NCBI GenBank assembly: GCA_976551045.1
Contig: CDPCPM010000285.1
Span: 558,001-622,000 of the forward strand
Direction of reading: 5' to 3'
Source: Glaucostegus cemiculus
Lineage: Eukaryota
DNA: 64,000 nucleotides
Below, in pieces: positions 9,306 to 22,058 of the stretch. The position numbers and the translations under genes are program-made. The notes under the pieces were generated by a model. It saw only the letters and a program-made list of their open reading frames with translations. It had not been told where the DNA came from and searched no databases. Numbering within the stretch: position 1 is the stretch's first letter; the number at the start of each line of letters is the position of its first letter.

Positions 9306-12300
9306 TTGGCAATTGAACTCTTGGTACCAATTGAATATGGACTTTCCCTGTCCTCTAGAGATGTGTGTTTCAGGACACAAATTGCCCCAACATGCCATTT
9401 TTAATGGACCAACTATCATTAACATTGAGAATCTGCAGCAGAGTTAGAGTGATAAATTGTACTCTAATCACTTCACTTAGTCCAAATGTGTACATCAGGG
9501 ACCATCCTTAAATTGGAAGGCATAATAAACTTCATACAAGGACAATAAGCATTCTCCTCAAATTGAAGGAGTTTCTATGCCTTCAAATGCTGGCTTAGTT
9601 TATGGGCTGTTCTATGGACAGTCCTCCACTGATCATTTGTCAGAAGAACAGTTACACTTACAGTTGATGTGCCAGTTACCTACATTAATAGTACCTCAAA
9701 ACACAAGGCCTCAAATGGAGGCATTGGATGTTAGCACCAACTATGACATTTCACAGGCCTCCATGGAGGGAGCTTTATTGGGCTACAGTTTAAAAAAAAT
9801 ATTTAATTTTAGGAGGGCACCTCAACTTTACAAAGGCTACAAGAAGAAGCTCAAACAAGAGCTTAATATCTTGCAGTTTGTCAAAATGGCAGGTGGCCTC
9901 ACTTCCTGTATTGACCAAGACTGGAATAGCCTCTCCTTACTATGAATACCATAAACATCTATCTTCACAGGGAGGTTTGCCTTTGAATTATTTTGCTCAT
10001 TGCTTTTGTATTGCAGTTCTCAGAGAGACATTAGGTTGGTGTAGATGTAACGGAGGATCCTTTTAAAAAAAATGAGCGAATTCTGCAATCCCATCACATG
10101 ATCATTCATTCTTTCTCTTTTGCAGTCATGGGTTATGATGCCGGTTGTCAATGTAATGAATGAAACCAGTGTAAAGCATTTGTCTAAATATATGCAGTAT
10201 TTAGTCCCCAAATGTAATGAATTTGGTCATCCTTGTATGGTGATTGTTTTCAGTTTGTAACTCAAATTTTCAAAAGAATACAATGCAAAATTGAACTGCT
10301 TTCAGCATTGAGGAGAGACAAAAATTGGGAAATGTCTAGGTTTTTTTTAAAAAATAATTTTCCTCACCTCCCAGCATGACATTTACCCTAGGGGTGAAGG
10401 TTATACAGACCAGACTGGAGGTAGTCCTATTCCCCAGCCATCACTCCTGCCAATGATCTGGTCGCACAGAAGCACATCCCCTTGTGGAGTGAGCAGCCAA
10501 GCACACTTGAACTTACAGGAAGTCAGGCTGCAAATGCTAGGCTACCATTAATTACCATTTCTACAAAGGAAGATTAAATGGTACCGTGACATTCACCTTG
10601 CACAATTTCAAAACTAATGCACAGTTATGAGCGCTATGAGTCTTTCCAGAGATGTTCAATTAAATTAAGTGGGACAATATCATTCCTAGGTATATTTTGG
10701 TGGTTACAGGACTATCCAAGGAAGCAGAGCCTTTGAATACTTAAAGGTCTGCATCAAGTTTGCATCGAATACATGATGCTGTGGCTTTAAATTAGTCACA
10801 GCACCCATATCAGCTAACTGAAACATGCAAAATGTACTTTTTTTCTTCTTCACAAATGCCGCCTGACCTGTTGAGGGCTTCCAGCAGGCTTCCAGCATTT
10901 TGACTTATTTCAAATTCCAGAGTCTGCCACATTTTGCTTCAGCATTATTTCATTCACTTGATAAAAAACACAATTTTGCCAATGGCCAGTCATGAACTAT
11001 GCTTTGTTCAAGGGCTGCTCAAACTTTGCAAAATTCTTCAAGTGTAGCAAGGCTGATGAATTTTACTTGCCAATTCCACATCAGGAGAGGTGAAATACAT
11101 GTTCAGCACATGGGGCTCCAGCACATTACTGCCTGAGAGACTTTGCATCTAACAATCCAGACCTAAAATTATTTTCTTTACCACCACGCACACAAAATTT
11201 AGCAAGCAAGCTTGATACCCAGTGAAGATAAACCACAAAATGCTTTACATTTCACATTTAATCTACCAGAACAAAAATCAGAAAATTCAAGTGCTTTAAA
11301 TTTACTTTCATTTAAAACCTTAGCTACTTATAATAGTACACATTAGATCAAACAAGAGCTTTTAAAACAGACACCTTTCCCTCAACTATAAGCGGAAAGA
11401 ACTTGTATTATAAACCTTCCAAACTGGAATAAAACAACGCATTCTAGCATCAGCACTCTGCCTGTGGCCGAGAGTTACAAAAATAGTTCAAATTAACCTA
11501 ATGTAGATGGAAAATTCCACCACAGACACGTAAAGAAAAGGCCAAAGTAGCAAGTGAAAAATCCAGCCCATGATAATAGAACAGTTAAAGCCTTCTGACT
11601 GGCTGGATCTCCTTTCTCAGCTTTATCAGCCACATTTAAAAAAAATCAGCCAAGCTAAGGTCACAAGGCTAAGGAGGGAGATGATGGTTGTGTACAAACA
11701 GCAATGGAAAGCAAGGTCATGAGAAGGGGACTTGCCTTAACACAACATTGAGAGATCCAGCACTGCACAACTAACAGCTGCCTTGGTTTGCCATTCCTCT
11801 GCTAGCTCCACTAACTGTGATTTACTACTGTACCAGCTCTAGTGTTGACACCTTTATGTCCCTCCCTCCTATCCCAGTAAGCCTGGAGGCCATGATAGAT
11901 GCGCTGAACTTTTCCTCCTATCACCTTAAAAAGAACTTTCCCATAATCTTTTGTTTCCCATCAAAGTGGAAGACAGAAGGGGTTTTATTTAATTTTAAAT
12001 TAACAGCCTTGTTGCTCTAACTTGGTAGCAATATACAGAATTTATTACACCAGTGAATTTCTCAAACACCAATCTCTTTTTTTTCTACCCAATGAACTGA
12101 ACATAGTCCAGAGTAAATCAATGTAATTGCTGGTCGTCCAACATTATTGTAGCAATACTTTATACTAAGTGCCATTGGTAATTTGGTGCATTTAATTGAA
12201 AATGCTAAGATAATGGGGAACTTGGCTACTAACATTAACCCCTCTATAGCTGATGGTTCATGAATAGATTAAATACAAAAGCAGCTCCAGGGTATACAGT

Positions 12301-13209
12301 CAATTAAATAAATCGAATGAGCCCAGAAATGAAAATACCCAAAAATGCATACACTCACATTTTCATCCTCTGGTTATAGAATTTTCTTTTCTTAATAAAT
12401 TATTTCTGAACTACCCTTAAGAAGCAAGGGGTAAAGTAATATTTGGAGTAAAGCCCGGATTTCCATTCAGGGCTCTCAAACTCTAATTGTAGCCTTTACT
12501 ACCACTGCTGTTCAGGCAGTCTCCAGTTGCCGTTTTTTTTTACTGGCAGGATCATAAACTATCGCAGGGACATATCCTGTCTCGTAAAGCAGCAAACTTG
12601 TTAGTCAATACAGCACATCGATATGATAGTAGTTGTTGTGGGGGGAGGGGTTGGGGTGAGAAGCCCACACTCTTAGTTAAAAGACAGCAAACTGCGGGGG
12701 GAGGGAGTACATGTGTTTTTACAGCAAAACCCTGGCTTGCTCACCAAATTTTAGTACTATTTTCGACAAGGCAACAAAAGATTCTGAAGTAACCACAATA
12801 GCAGTGTGAGAAAATAGTGACTGAATCAAGAACTTGTACTGAAAAATTGGTCAGAGAAATTGTTAAAAAGGTACTGCAAATGGCAGCGATACCAAGCTAA
12901 CTCCCTCTGAGAATATTGCTTTGTGCCTTCAGACTTAAGTGCCGAAAGTGGCAAGTGTAAACAGCCAATTGTAGCATTCAGGACATGCTCTCCATTTTAG
13001 ATCGGGTCTTAGCTACACTTGGCCAAATACTTTTCATTAGATTCTACATAATGAAAGGCAAAACCCAAAACATTACAAATGAGTGATGACCTGAGTTACA
13101 AGGGGAATTAAAAAAAAGAAAAAGTCAAGTCAGGCTTACTTCTTGAAAGCATGACTTGTCTCTGTGCAATCTCACCTTGAGAACGGTATTATAAAAACCA
13201 TGCACTTAC

Positions 13210-13357
13210 CGGCAATGAATAAAAGAAGATCCCAAGGAACAAAGCTACAAACAGCAGTATTATGATCCCAAGAAATATCCATTTGAATCGGCGCCAGATG
13301 ATGTATTTCATAGTCTTGCAAGGACTGGTGAACCACAGGAAAGACGTTTCTGGACGC
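13210..13357 (-). CDS. MYOF: MYOF exon encoding the C-terminal transmembrane helix
   Basis: (K)[49 protein letters not shown]; AG acceptor, CCG|GTAAGT donor; 148 nt. Confidence 0.96.
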
Positions 13358-14369
13358 CTGATTGTAAAGAATTAAATACAGTTAATTTTCCTTTCTAAAC
13401 TGATAAAGTGTACACAATTTACATTAAGCACTCATTTACAGGATTAAGAAACTATTATTCAAGTAAACCACGGGCACGTTTATTACTCCTTTTAAAAACC
13501 ATAGCGAGTTCCTATCTAACCAATGTCTCAGTGGGTGAATGTAACAAGGCAGAGTCACGCAGAACAGACTGGGTTTTGACTTCTAGTTAGGGAGTGGTGG
13601 TGCTGCTACAACTGAAGTTAACATCTCCTGTGCTGGGATAGAGCAAAGTGCCGAGATGAACAAGAATGGCCTCCAGAATGAAGCCCCATGAAGTCACCAT
13701 CATAAACTGTCCAAGGAAATCATCACCTTTGGAGAGACAAAAAGAATCCTCCTGTGCTCTGGAAAGGAACCACAATGACATTACACTGCCCTGGTTAGTG
13801 AAAGTACCCCTTGTGTGGAAAACAGAATTCAACCCTTGTGTCTACTCAGTCATTCAAGAAGATCAGGGGTGACTTCCTACCTCAGCCCCACCATTCTGTA
13901 CTAAAATCATAACCCTCTATTCCCTTCACATCTAAAGACCCAGCAATCTGAACATCCTCAGCAAATGAACGTCCACAGCTCTTCTGGGTAGAGAATTCCA
14001 GAAGATTCACTGCTGTCCTCTCATCACAGTCAATTCCTTACTTTGAACTGCTGTGTTCCACTCCTAGACACATTAACCAGGGAAAACATCACCATAAGGA
14101 TTTTGTTGGTTTCAAAATGATCACCTCTCCTGCACCCGAACCACAGACCAAATGAGAGTGAAAAAGGAAAACCACACAAAAACCAAAATACAGAGATAGT
14201 AGAAATCTTAAACAACAGCAATGCTGCAAACATTCAGTAGGTCAAGCAATATCTGTCAAAGGCCATCAAATTTGAGACATTAAACATTTTCTTCAGATTC
14301 TGTGCAACCTGCTAGCTCATAACACAAGTCAATCCGCTATACATAACGAACATTATTCAAAGTATCAGA

Positions 14370-14580
14370 AAGTGGCAGATTCAAGCCCCACTTCAAGACT
14401 TCAGAGCAAAATGTAGGCTGATATTGAGCACCATATTCAGATGAACCTTATTAAGCAGCAATATTAAGCCAAGGCCCACAGACCTGGATAAAAGATCCCA
14501 TGGTAACATCCCTCTTTCAACCAAACGTAATGGAAAAAAAGCATCACAGAATACTTGTGCTTATGGGACCTTGCAAAGCA
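14370..14580 (+). mobile_element. Decayed DeuSINE (SacSINE1/AmnSINE1-like) relic
   Basis: TTCAAGCCCCACTTCAAGACTT...AAAATGTAGGCTGA...TTAAGCCAAGGCCC...GGATAAAAGATCCCATGG resembles the Deu-domain as recalled; heavily diverged. Confidence 0.45.
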
Positions 14581-15229
14581 CCAGGAAACCACAACTGCTA
14601 ACAATATTTACTGGGACTCAAAGCAATTAATGGAAGATGGAGACCAAAAGTTTAAAAATGCAAGCTTTAGAATTTAAACTGCAAAAAACAATAAAAGTCT
14701 ACAAAACTGGAATGAGCTGTTAAAAACAACAGCGATGGCAGGTGGCAACATCTTTTAGAAAGCAGGAAACAGCTGACAGCAATGCAGCACAAGGGCCGCC
14801 CACAGAATCTTTTCCTTTCTGCTGTCTCTGCATATTCTAGAACAAACAAAGTGCAAGTTTTGCTAAATTTCTACAGGTTTAAATTAACACGTCAATTTTC
14901 TCCACTTTTCCTATAAAGGATGCCATGGATTCTTTGATTTCTAGAGACCAATAAGCCTCTTGTACATTCATCATGTGCTTTAAGCCCAGATATCAAGTAT
15001 CAGTAGACCATTCACCTACAGAGTGGCAGCACGACAGAATCAGGTTCTAGATCAACACTTACAAATACATTATCCATCTGCTGAAAAAGCCCTTACAATG
15101 GAAACCTGGCAGACTTCCACCTTTAACCCTTGGATATTGACTTACACTTGTCCCATGACCTGTCTACTCTGACACACAGCTGCCTTGTCCTCATTCTTGT
15201 ATTAGCTCCTGCTGGCTGAAAGAATGAAG

Positions 15230-16085
15230 GATGACCCTTGTGCTCAGCATCTACAAAACCAAGGCCCTTCACCAAACTGCCCTCCAACAATGAACGTTCG
15301 TAACACCTTGGAAGTCACCTCTTAGCAAAGGAGGTATTTTGGAGAAAATTCATTACAATCTTTAATGCATTAGCACAGCTTTTCATCAAACTGAGGAAAA
15401 GATCAAAACGTTAGACTTGGCACCAAACAAAGTCTACCAGGCAGCAGAGATCCCTGCTCTCTTCCATGCTTCTGAGTCCTGGGAACTACCTACGGCAGAC
15501 ACCTAAAGGGACTGGAAATATACCACACGCACTGACTGCAAAATCCTCCAAGTTCGCTGGAAGGATAAGTGAACCAGTATTAGCAACTCCTCCCTGGCCA
15601 ACATCTCCAGCATCAAGGCCTTGGTAACACTCAGTTGACCTTGTTGGACTTGCCACATCGTTCACATGCTTGACACTAGACTCCAAACACAGACATGCTA
15701 CTCCGAGCTCTGATGCAGCGGAGATTACCAGACAGACAAGAAAAGATTCAATAAGTTCAATGCTTCCTTGAAGAACATTCCCACCAACTTCTCAGAACCC
15801 CGCACAAGGTGTAGAAGCAGCCTTCAGGATGGTGTTGCAAACCTTGAGGCCACATATCAGGATCACACAGAAGCCTTGCAATAAGCAGTGGAAGGAGATA
15901 CCACCTCACAAACTACACACCAATCCATCTGATCAGCAACCTCCTGCCCCATCTGTGCACGTGTTGGGAGAGGGCGGGGGGGTGACATGACAGTCTGGGA
16001 TCCCACATTGGTTTCATTAACTATTCTACCACTCTTAGCCCACAACATTGGAACAGAAGTCATCCTCTGTCCCGATAGATAGCAC
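15230..16085 (+). mobile_element. Decayed RTE-clade LINE, 3' part of the RT ORF
   Basis: Frameshifted translation gives VYQAAEIPALFHASESW...YGRHLKGLEIYH...KILQVRWKDK...HIVHMLDTRL, typical of the RTE RT C-terminal region. Confidence 0.65.
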
Positions 16086-16719
16086 AAGAGGGCAGGGACA
16101 GCTCTTGTTGGTAAGGAAAGGGTCTAGTTTGGTTGCAAAAGCTTCTTACTCATCGATTCATTTATTTTACAGGTACTTTAACAATCAACAAGCTCCGCGG
16201 GGGAAGACAGGATGTGCAGTCAGCACCTCAAAATAAATCTATGCTCAGAGATGGAGTGGAAAGTGAGGCAGAAGGACAGTCTATTTGCAAATCATTTCAT
16301 TAGCAAATGCATTATGAACGTTCATGATGATTAGAGATGAAATATCCCCAAAAGTTGGTACAAGAAATGCCTTCCCCTGTCTAAATTCACTTTAACTAAA
16401 TCCCAGAACAAACTATTTGTTGAAATGTTCTTTTTTTCCAAGCAATTGAAAGAACAAACATGACTCTCAACTACATCCAACTCCATGGAATCAATAGAAC
16501 ACTTGAATGTAAATCCTAAGTGCATGAAATAGGAGGAGATAAAAAATCTCTGCTTACAAAGAATGGTTAAAATCAACCCATTCACTTCAGATAGTTGGTA
16601 TTCAATGTTTAAAGCACAAAAAACTCTATGCTTTTAAATGTAATGCCCATAAAGGCCCCCATCCTTTCAAAATGTAAGATACAAACATACGAAAACAAAT
16701 CAAGGAAAAAAAAGGTTAC

Positions 16720-16829
16720 TTTGGAGGCTCCAGTTTTGGGTTCATGTTGGGTTCATCTCTTGCTTTGGCAGCAGGTTTTTCCTCAGCCTCTTGTTCAGTG
16801 ACAATCTCCAGTGTCATTTCAACTTTACC
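16720..16829 (-). CDS. MYOF: MYOF exon (ferlin C-terminal region)
   Basis: [36 protein letters not shown](K); TTTTCCAG| acceptor, AA|GTAACC donor; 110 nt. Confidence 0.96.
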
Positions 16830-18590
16830 CTGGAAAACAAAAGAAAAACTTTTAGCAAAAAGTCCAATGAGAACAGACATTCACAGATAAGTGATACGGT
16901 TACCTCAGAATACAAAACTTCTAGGATTACCTCAACCTTTTCAAAACAGTACATCATGCAGTCCTTTTCAGGCTAACAGTCCGATCTCAAAAGCTGACTA
17001 AAGCAGGTATGTGATCCATGAATCGGGGCAGAGCTATTTTTGTGATAATCTCAATTAACTATCCAAACAATTGACCTACAAATGTTTCTCCGGTATTCAA
17101 GCATTACTTTAGCAATTATCAAAATGTCTATCATGGTTTTGTATTTGAGTTTAAAATTCTATCAACATGTCATCATTGACTGTGACTAATGACCCCAGGT
17201 ATGAAATAGCTTAATGGGTGCTGTAGCTCCTGGCTGTTGAATCATTAATCAGGGAAGATTTCATATTCTTTGTGGTTTCAAGTGATTGTCATTTTCCGTC
17301 AAGATTATGTACCAGGATTGAAAAACATGGTGCAGTATAACTATATTTGCTTCTGTATAAGCTCACACATGCTGTATATGGTATTAAAAACATGGGTGCT
17401 GCTTTGCTGCATACACCATTATTTCTCAAGTCAAATTTATTCTGTTTATGCTGAACCAGTTCCTTAACACTTTAGGGCAAAACACACAAACTTAGTTTTA
17501 TGTCATTATCCAGGAATAAAATTTCTTCTTTTGTTTTGTTCATGTTTCTGCTCAAACTAATTTACAAACTGGCTCATGTAAAAACCAACACAACTGGAAA
17601 GTGCTTCAGAATATAATAGAGTTTTTTTTAAAAAAGCATTCAAAATATTCCTTGATATACTTAAGAATTGTGATCTGTTGCAGTTTGTTAATTCAGCTGG
17701 AAAGGGAGTTGCCACAAAAATGAGAAAGGTCTGGTTGATCCTTGGATATAAATTTGTAAAAAAAAATTGAACCATTAAATAGTTACATCAGCATATAGTA
17801 GACAGATGGTTTGTAAAAAGCTTTTAAAGTTCAGAGTCTTCCCAGCACCAAAAACTGCTTAAAAGAGCCACCTTAATGGCCTGTGGAGTGTATTTGCCAG
17901 AAATTCCCAGTTTTATTTACTCTGAGCAAGGAAGAAGGTATTGTGCTCACAGCCTGCTTTTAACACTGTTATAAGCTCATACAGGTTTGTATAAATTGAA
18001 TTTGCACTGTAGGCAAAATAGAAAATCAAGCAACATCTGTATTGAGAATAAGAACATTTCAGTTAACAATCTTTCAAAATCATTTATGTCCCTCACTCTT
18101 CAGATGCTGTATGCCCTAGCAAGCATCTCCAGGAGTCTTACATTTTTATTTTAGATTTACAGTCTTTGCAGTACTTTGTTTTTGCACTAAACAACTTGCA
18201 TTTAAAATTCCTGTACCTTTTGTCCAGGTCTGCAACATCTGGTTGGGCAAAGGGGGCCCAATGGTTAGACACAGTGTTAAAGCAGCACATGCAATTTTTT
18301 TTTTGCTGAAAAGATTAGGAACTTTTATTCAGAATTGAATATGTACACACATCTGTCCTAACATTTCTGATCTGGACTAATCTGGGGCAATATTAGAAAT
18401 ACAAAAAGAAAAATTGCCAACCAAGTAATGCTTAGTGCACCAAAAGGATTGAGATTTATTCCAAACCAACAGAACCTCAAGTCTATTAAGAGTAGTGGTC
18501 CTGAACCAACAGTATGAAGATTGGCCACTTCCTATATAACCCCAATACACTACCCCAAAATTGACCCAACATTTGTCTGGTATTCAAACA

Positions 18591-19935
18591 TTAGAATATA
18601 GAACAGTATAGTAAAGGAACAGGCCCTTCGGCCCAGAATCTCTGTGCAGACCATGATGCTAATTTGAACTCATTGCATCTGCCTACATGTGGTCTGTATC
18701 CTTCCATTCCCTGCCTGTGCATGCACCTGTGTAAATGCCTCTTAAATGTTGTTAGCATATCTGCTTCCACCACATTCCAGGCACCAGTCACTCTTTTTTT
18801 TTAAAAAAAAAACGACATGCCTCATAGATTTCCTTTAAATGTTCCTCTTTCACCCTAACGCAATGCTCTCTAGTTTTTGACACTTCCATCCTGGGTGAAA
18901 AAGACCATCCATCTCATCAATGCCTCTCAATTTTATGCACCATCAGGTTGTCCCGCAGCCTCCAGTGCTCTAGAGAAAACAATCAAAGTTCGTCCAGCGT
19001 CTCCTTATAGCCAATACATCCTGGATAAATCTCCCTTGCACCCTCTCCAAGGCCTCCACACCCCTATTGTGGCAACCAGAACTGCACACAGTACTCCAAA
19101 TGTAGCCTAACCAAATTACAAACAGCTGCAGTACAAGTTGCCAACTTTTATACTCAATGTGCTGACCAAAGGCAAGCATGCTTTATGCTTCTTTGAAAAA
19201 ATATCACCCTATCCACTTGTGTTGCCACTCTCAGGCAGCTATGGACTACAACCCCAAGATATCTCTGTACATCAATGTTATTAAGGGTCCTGCCATTACT
19301 GTGTACTTTCCTCTTACATTTGACCTCCCAAAGTGCGAAACCTCATTTGGCCTGAGTAACACCATCCACTATTTCTCCATCCATATTTCCAACTGATCTA
19401 TACCCTGCTGTATCCTTTGACAACCTCTTCACTGTCCGCAACTCCACTAATTTTTATGTCATCTGCACAAACGGAGATCCTAGAACTAATCCCTGCAAAA
19501 CACCACTGGTCATGGACCACCAGTAAGAATAACACCCCTCCACCACTACCTTGTGTCTTCTATATCCAAGCCAATTTTGAAACCAATCTATCAAGAGACA
19601 AATGGATCCCGTGCCTTAATCTTCTGAATTAACCTGCCTTGTGGGACCTTGTCAAATGCTTCACCAAAGCCAACAAAGACAACATCTACTGCCCTATCCT
19701 CATAAACCAGCTTCACCTCAGAAAACTCAAGTTCACCAGACATGACCAGCTCCACACAAAGCCGCTTCTCCTCAAGTTCATGCTTTCCCAATATCTCTAC
19801 CACTTATGCAAGGCTCATCAGTCTACAATTTGCTGGGTTATCCCTATTGCCCTTCATTAAAAAATTGGATAGTCTCCTGTCCTCTGTATCCTCTTTAGCC
19901 ACAATCAAGGTCCCAAACATCTGTATCAAGGCCCC
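18591..19935 (-). mobile_element. 5'-truncated CR1-type LINE
   Basis: Minus-strand remnants AVDVVFVGFGEAFDKVPQGRLIQK (RT) and VEALERVQGRF; CR1 3' tail GGGCCGAAGGGCCTGTTCC...CTGTTCTATATTCTAA. Confidence 0.8.
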
Positions 19936-19940
19936 AGAAA

Positions 19941-20870
19941 TTTCAACGAGATCCTACCACCAGGCACATCTTCCCCTCAACCCCTCTTCCGCAGGGACCA
20001 CTCTCTCTGCAACTCCCTTGTTCACTTGTCCCTCCCCACTGATACCTCCCCCCCCCCACCCCCCTGGCACTTATACCCACAACCGCACCAAGTGCTACAC
20101 CTCCTCCCTCACTACCATTCAGGGTCCCAGACCATCCTTCCAGGTGAGGCAGCGCTTCACCTGCGAGTGCCATTTTTTTCATCTGGTGCTCCCAGTGCGG
20201 CCTCCCATACACTGGTGGGACCCGATGCAGAATGTGTGACCGCTTCGTTGAGTGCCTTCACTCCATCTGCTGCAACAGCCAGGACCTCCTGGTGGCCAGG
20301 ATCCACTTCAATCCCACATCCCATTCCCCTACTGCTACGTTGAGGCCAGACGCAGGTTGGAGGAACAACACCTCCTATTCTGCCTTGGGAATCTCCAATC
20401 TGATGACCTCAACATTGATTTCTCTAACTTCCGGTAACCCCTCCCCTCCTTTCCACCACTCCTTTGTCTTCCCTTATTCCTGTGGCTCCCTTCCCCCACC
20501 TTTGATGACCTGCCCATGTCCATGGTCCACTGGCTGCTCCTACCAGATTCCTTCTTCTTTAGCCCTTTGCCTATTCTACCTATCACCTCTCAGCTCATTA
20601 TATCTTCTCTCCCCACCCCCCCCACCCACCTACCTTCCCCCATCACCTGGATTCAGCTATCACCTGAACTCACTTATCCCCTGCCTGCCCCTGCTCCTCC
20701 CCCACCCCTTCTTATTCTGGCTTCTACCCTCTTCCTTTTCCAGTCCTGATGAAGGGTCTCAGCCTGAAACGTCGACTGTTTATTTCCCTCCATAGATGCT
20801 GCCTGACCTGCTGAGTTCCTCCAGCACTGTGTGTATTGTTCCAGATTCCAGCATCGGCAGAACTTTGTGT
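19941..20870 (+). mobile_element. 5'-truncated Penelope-like element (GIY-YIG endonuclease remnant plus 3' terminal repeat/pLTR)
   Basis: Frameshifted peptides PPGTY...KCYTSSLTTIQGPRPSFQVRQRFTCE, DRFVECLHSI...DLLVARIHFN and EARRRLEEQHLLFCLGNLQSDDLNIDFSNFR* match the PLE GIY-YIG C-terminus; followed by a pyrimidine-rich pLTR with a hammerhead motif. Confidence 0.85.
20741..20778 (+). ncRNA. Minimal type-I hammerhead ribozyme motif in PLE pLTR
   Basis: CAGTC-CTGATGA-AGG(GTCTCAG)CCT-GAAA-CG-TC^-GACTG: helix I CAGUC/GACUG, intact core, helix II AGG/CCU, palindromic ACGU stem III, GUC cleavage triplet. Confidence 0.75.
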
Positions 20871-21098
20871 TCCAGAAATCTCCTCTCTTCCCTCCCTCGA
20901 TAACCCAAGATAGGTCCCATCAGGCCCTCTAACAATTAACAAAATGTCCAACATGGTTTTCCTATTTGAACTTAAAACTGACAGTAAAGTTATCGATTAC
21001 ATTCTTCACCAAAACAAATGATAAAGCCCCAGAATTGTGAGGAAGAATAATGACAGCACTAAAAATAAAGCTTCAGTGATGTATTGGAAGGTCCTTAC

Positions 21099-21283
21099 AG
21101 CCAAAATACGCTTGCCATCTTTCTCTTGGGCACATGGCCACCATCCATTTATGGATTTCTGAGAGAAAAGTGAAGTCACTTTTGAAGCTTTAGTATCCTT
21201 CTCATTAGGCAGCATATCCAGGTCACATCCTCTGGCTGTTTTGGCTGGACTTATTGTCGAATTCAGGTCCAACTCAAGGACAC
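21099..21283 (-). CDS. MYOF: MYOF exon (end of last C2 domain)
   Basis: (G)VLELDLNSTISPAKTARGCDLDML...SLFSQKSINGWWPCAQEKDGKRILA; TTTGCAG| acceptor, GCT|GTAAGG donor; 185 nt. Confidence 0.95.
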
Positions 21284-21627
21284 CTGCAAATTGGAGACAA
21301 GAACACCAGTACAATTAGGTGATGAGAATCAAACAAGAGCACTTGGCATGTATTACAATCTGCCACATTGTTTTATGAAGCTTTTGTCAAACTTCAAAAT
21401 TAACAACCAGAATTATTCCTTCATTCTAATATTTCAACTTTCATTAGGTCAACTAAATTCAGCAGATTAAACAGACATCACAATTCTGTTCTTTTATCTA
21501 TTAGTGATTCACTGGAGATTGCTGCAATGCCGAAAGATTATTTTGATCATTTTCACTGATAAAGCATACAATTCTAATGCACATTTTCCAGTATCCATTC
21601 ACTAGCTCAACAGACTACATTACATAG

Positions 21628-22058
21628 ATGGCAACACACACTCAATTGCCGGAGGAACTCAGGTGGTCAGGCAGCATCTATGGAGAGAAATACACAGTCA
21701 ACGTTTCAGGTCGAGACCCTTCATCAGGACTGGAAAGGAAGAGGGCAGAAGCCAGAAATAGAAGGTGGGGGAAGGGGGAGCAGTACATGCAGGCAGGGGA
21801 TAGGAGAGTCCAGGTGAGAGGGTGAAGGGGGAGATGCAAGAAGTTGAGAGGTGATAGGTAGAAGAGGCAAAGGGCTGAAGGAGGAATCATCCAGTAGGAG
21901 AGGGCAGTGGACCATGGAATAAAGGAGGTGGGGAATAGACAGGCAGATCATGAAGGTGGGGGGTGTGGGGGAGAAAGAAGGGGAAAGAGAAAAGGGAGAG
22001 GGCCATAGGAATGAGGGAAGACAAGGGGGGGGGTAGAATGCAGAATCTCTTGTGTCCC
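21628..22058 (-). mobile_element. Solo Penelope-like pLTR, inverted relative to the 19941-20870 copy
   Basis: Reverse complement aligns by eye with 20515-20850 (CCATGGTCCACTG...TCAGCCCTTTGCC...TTCCAGTCCTGATGAAGGGTCTC...TAGATGCTGCCTGACC). Confidence 0.85.
21695..21732 (-). ncRNA. Minimal type-I hammerhead ribozyme motif, sense to MYOF pre-mRNA
   Basis: Minus strand CAGTC-CTGATGA-AGG(GTCTCGA)CCT-GAAA-CG-TT^-GACTG; core and helices intact, GUU triplet. Confidence 0.7.
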
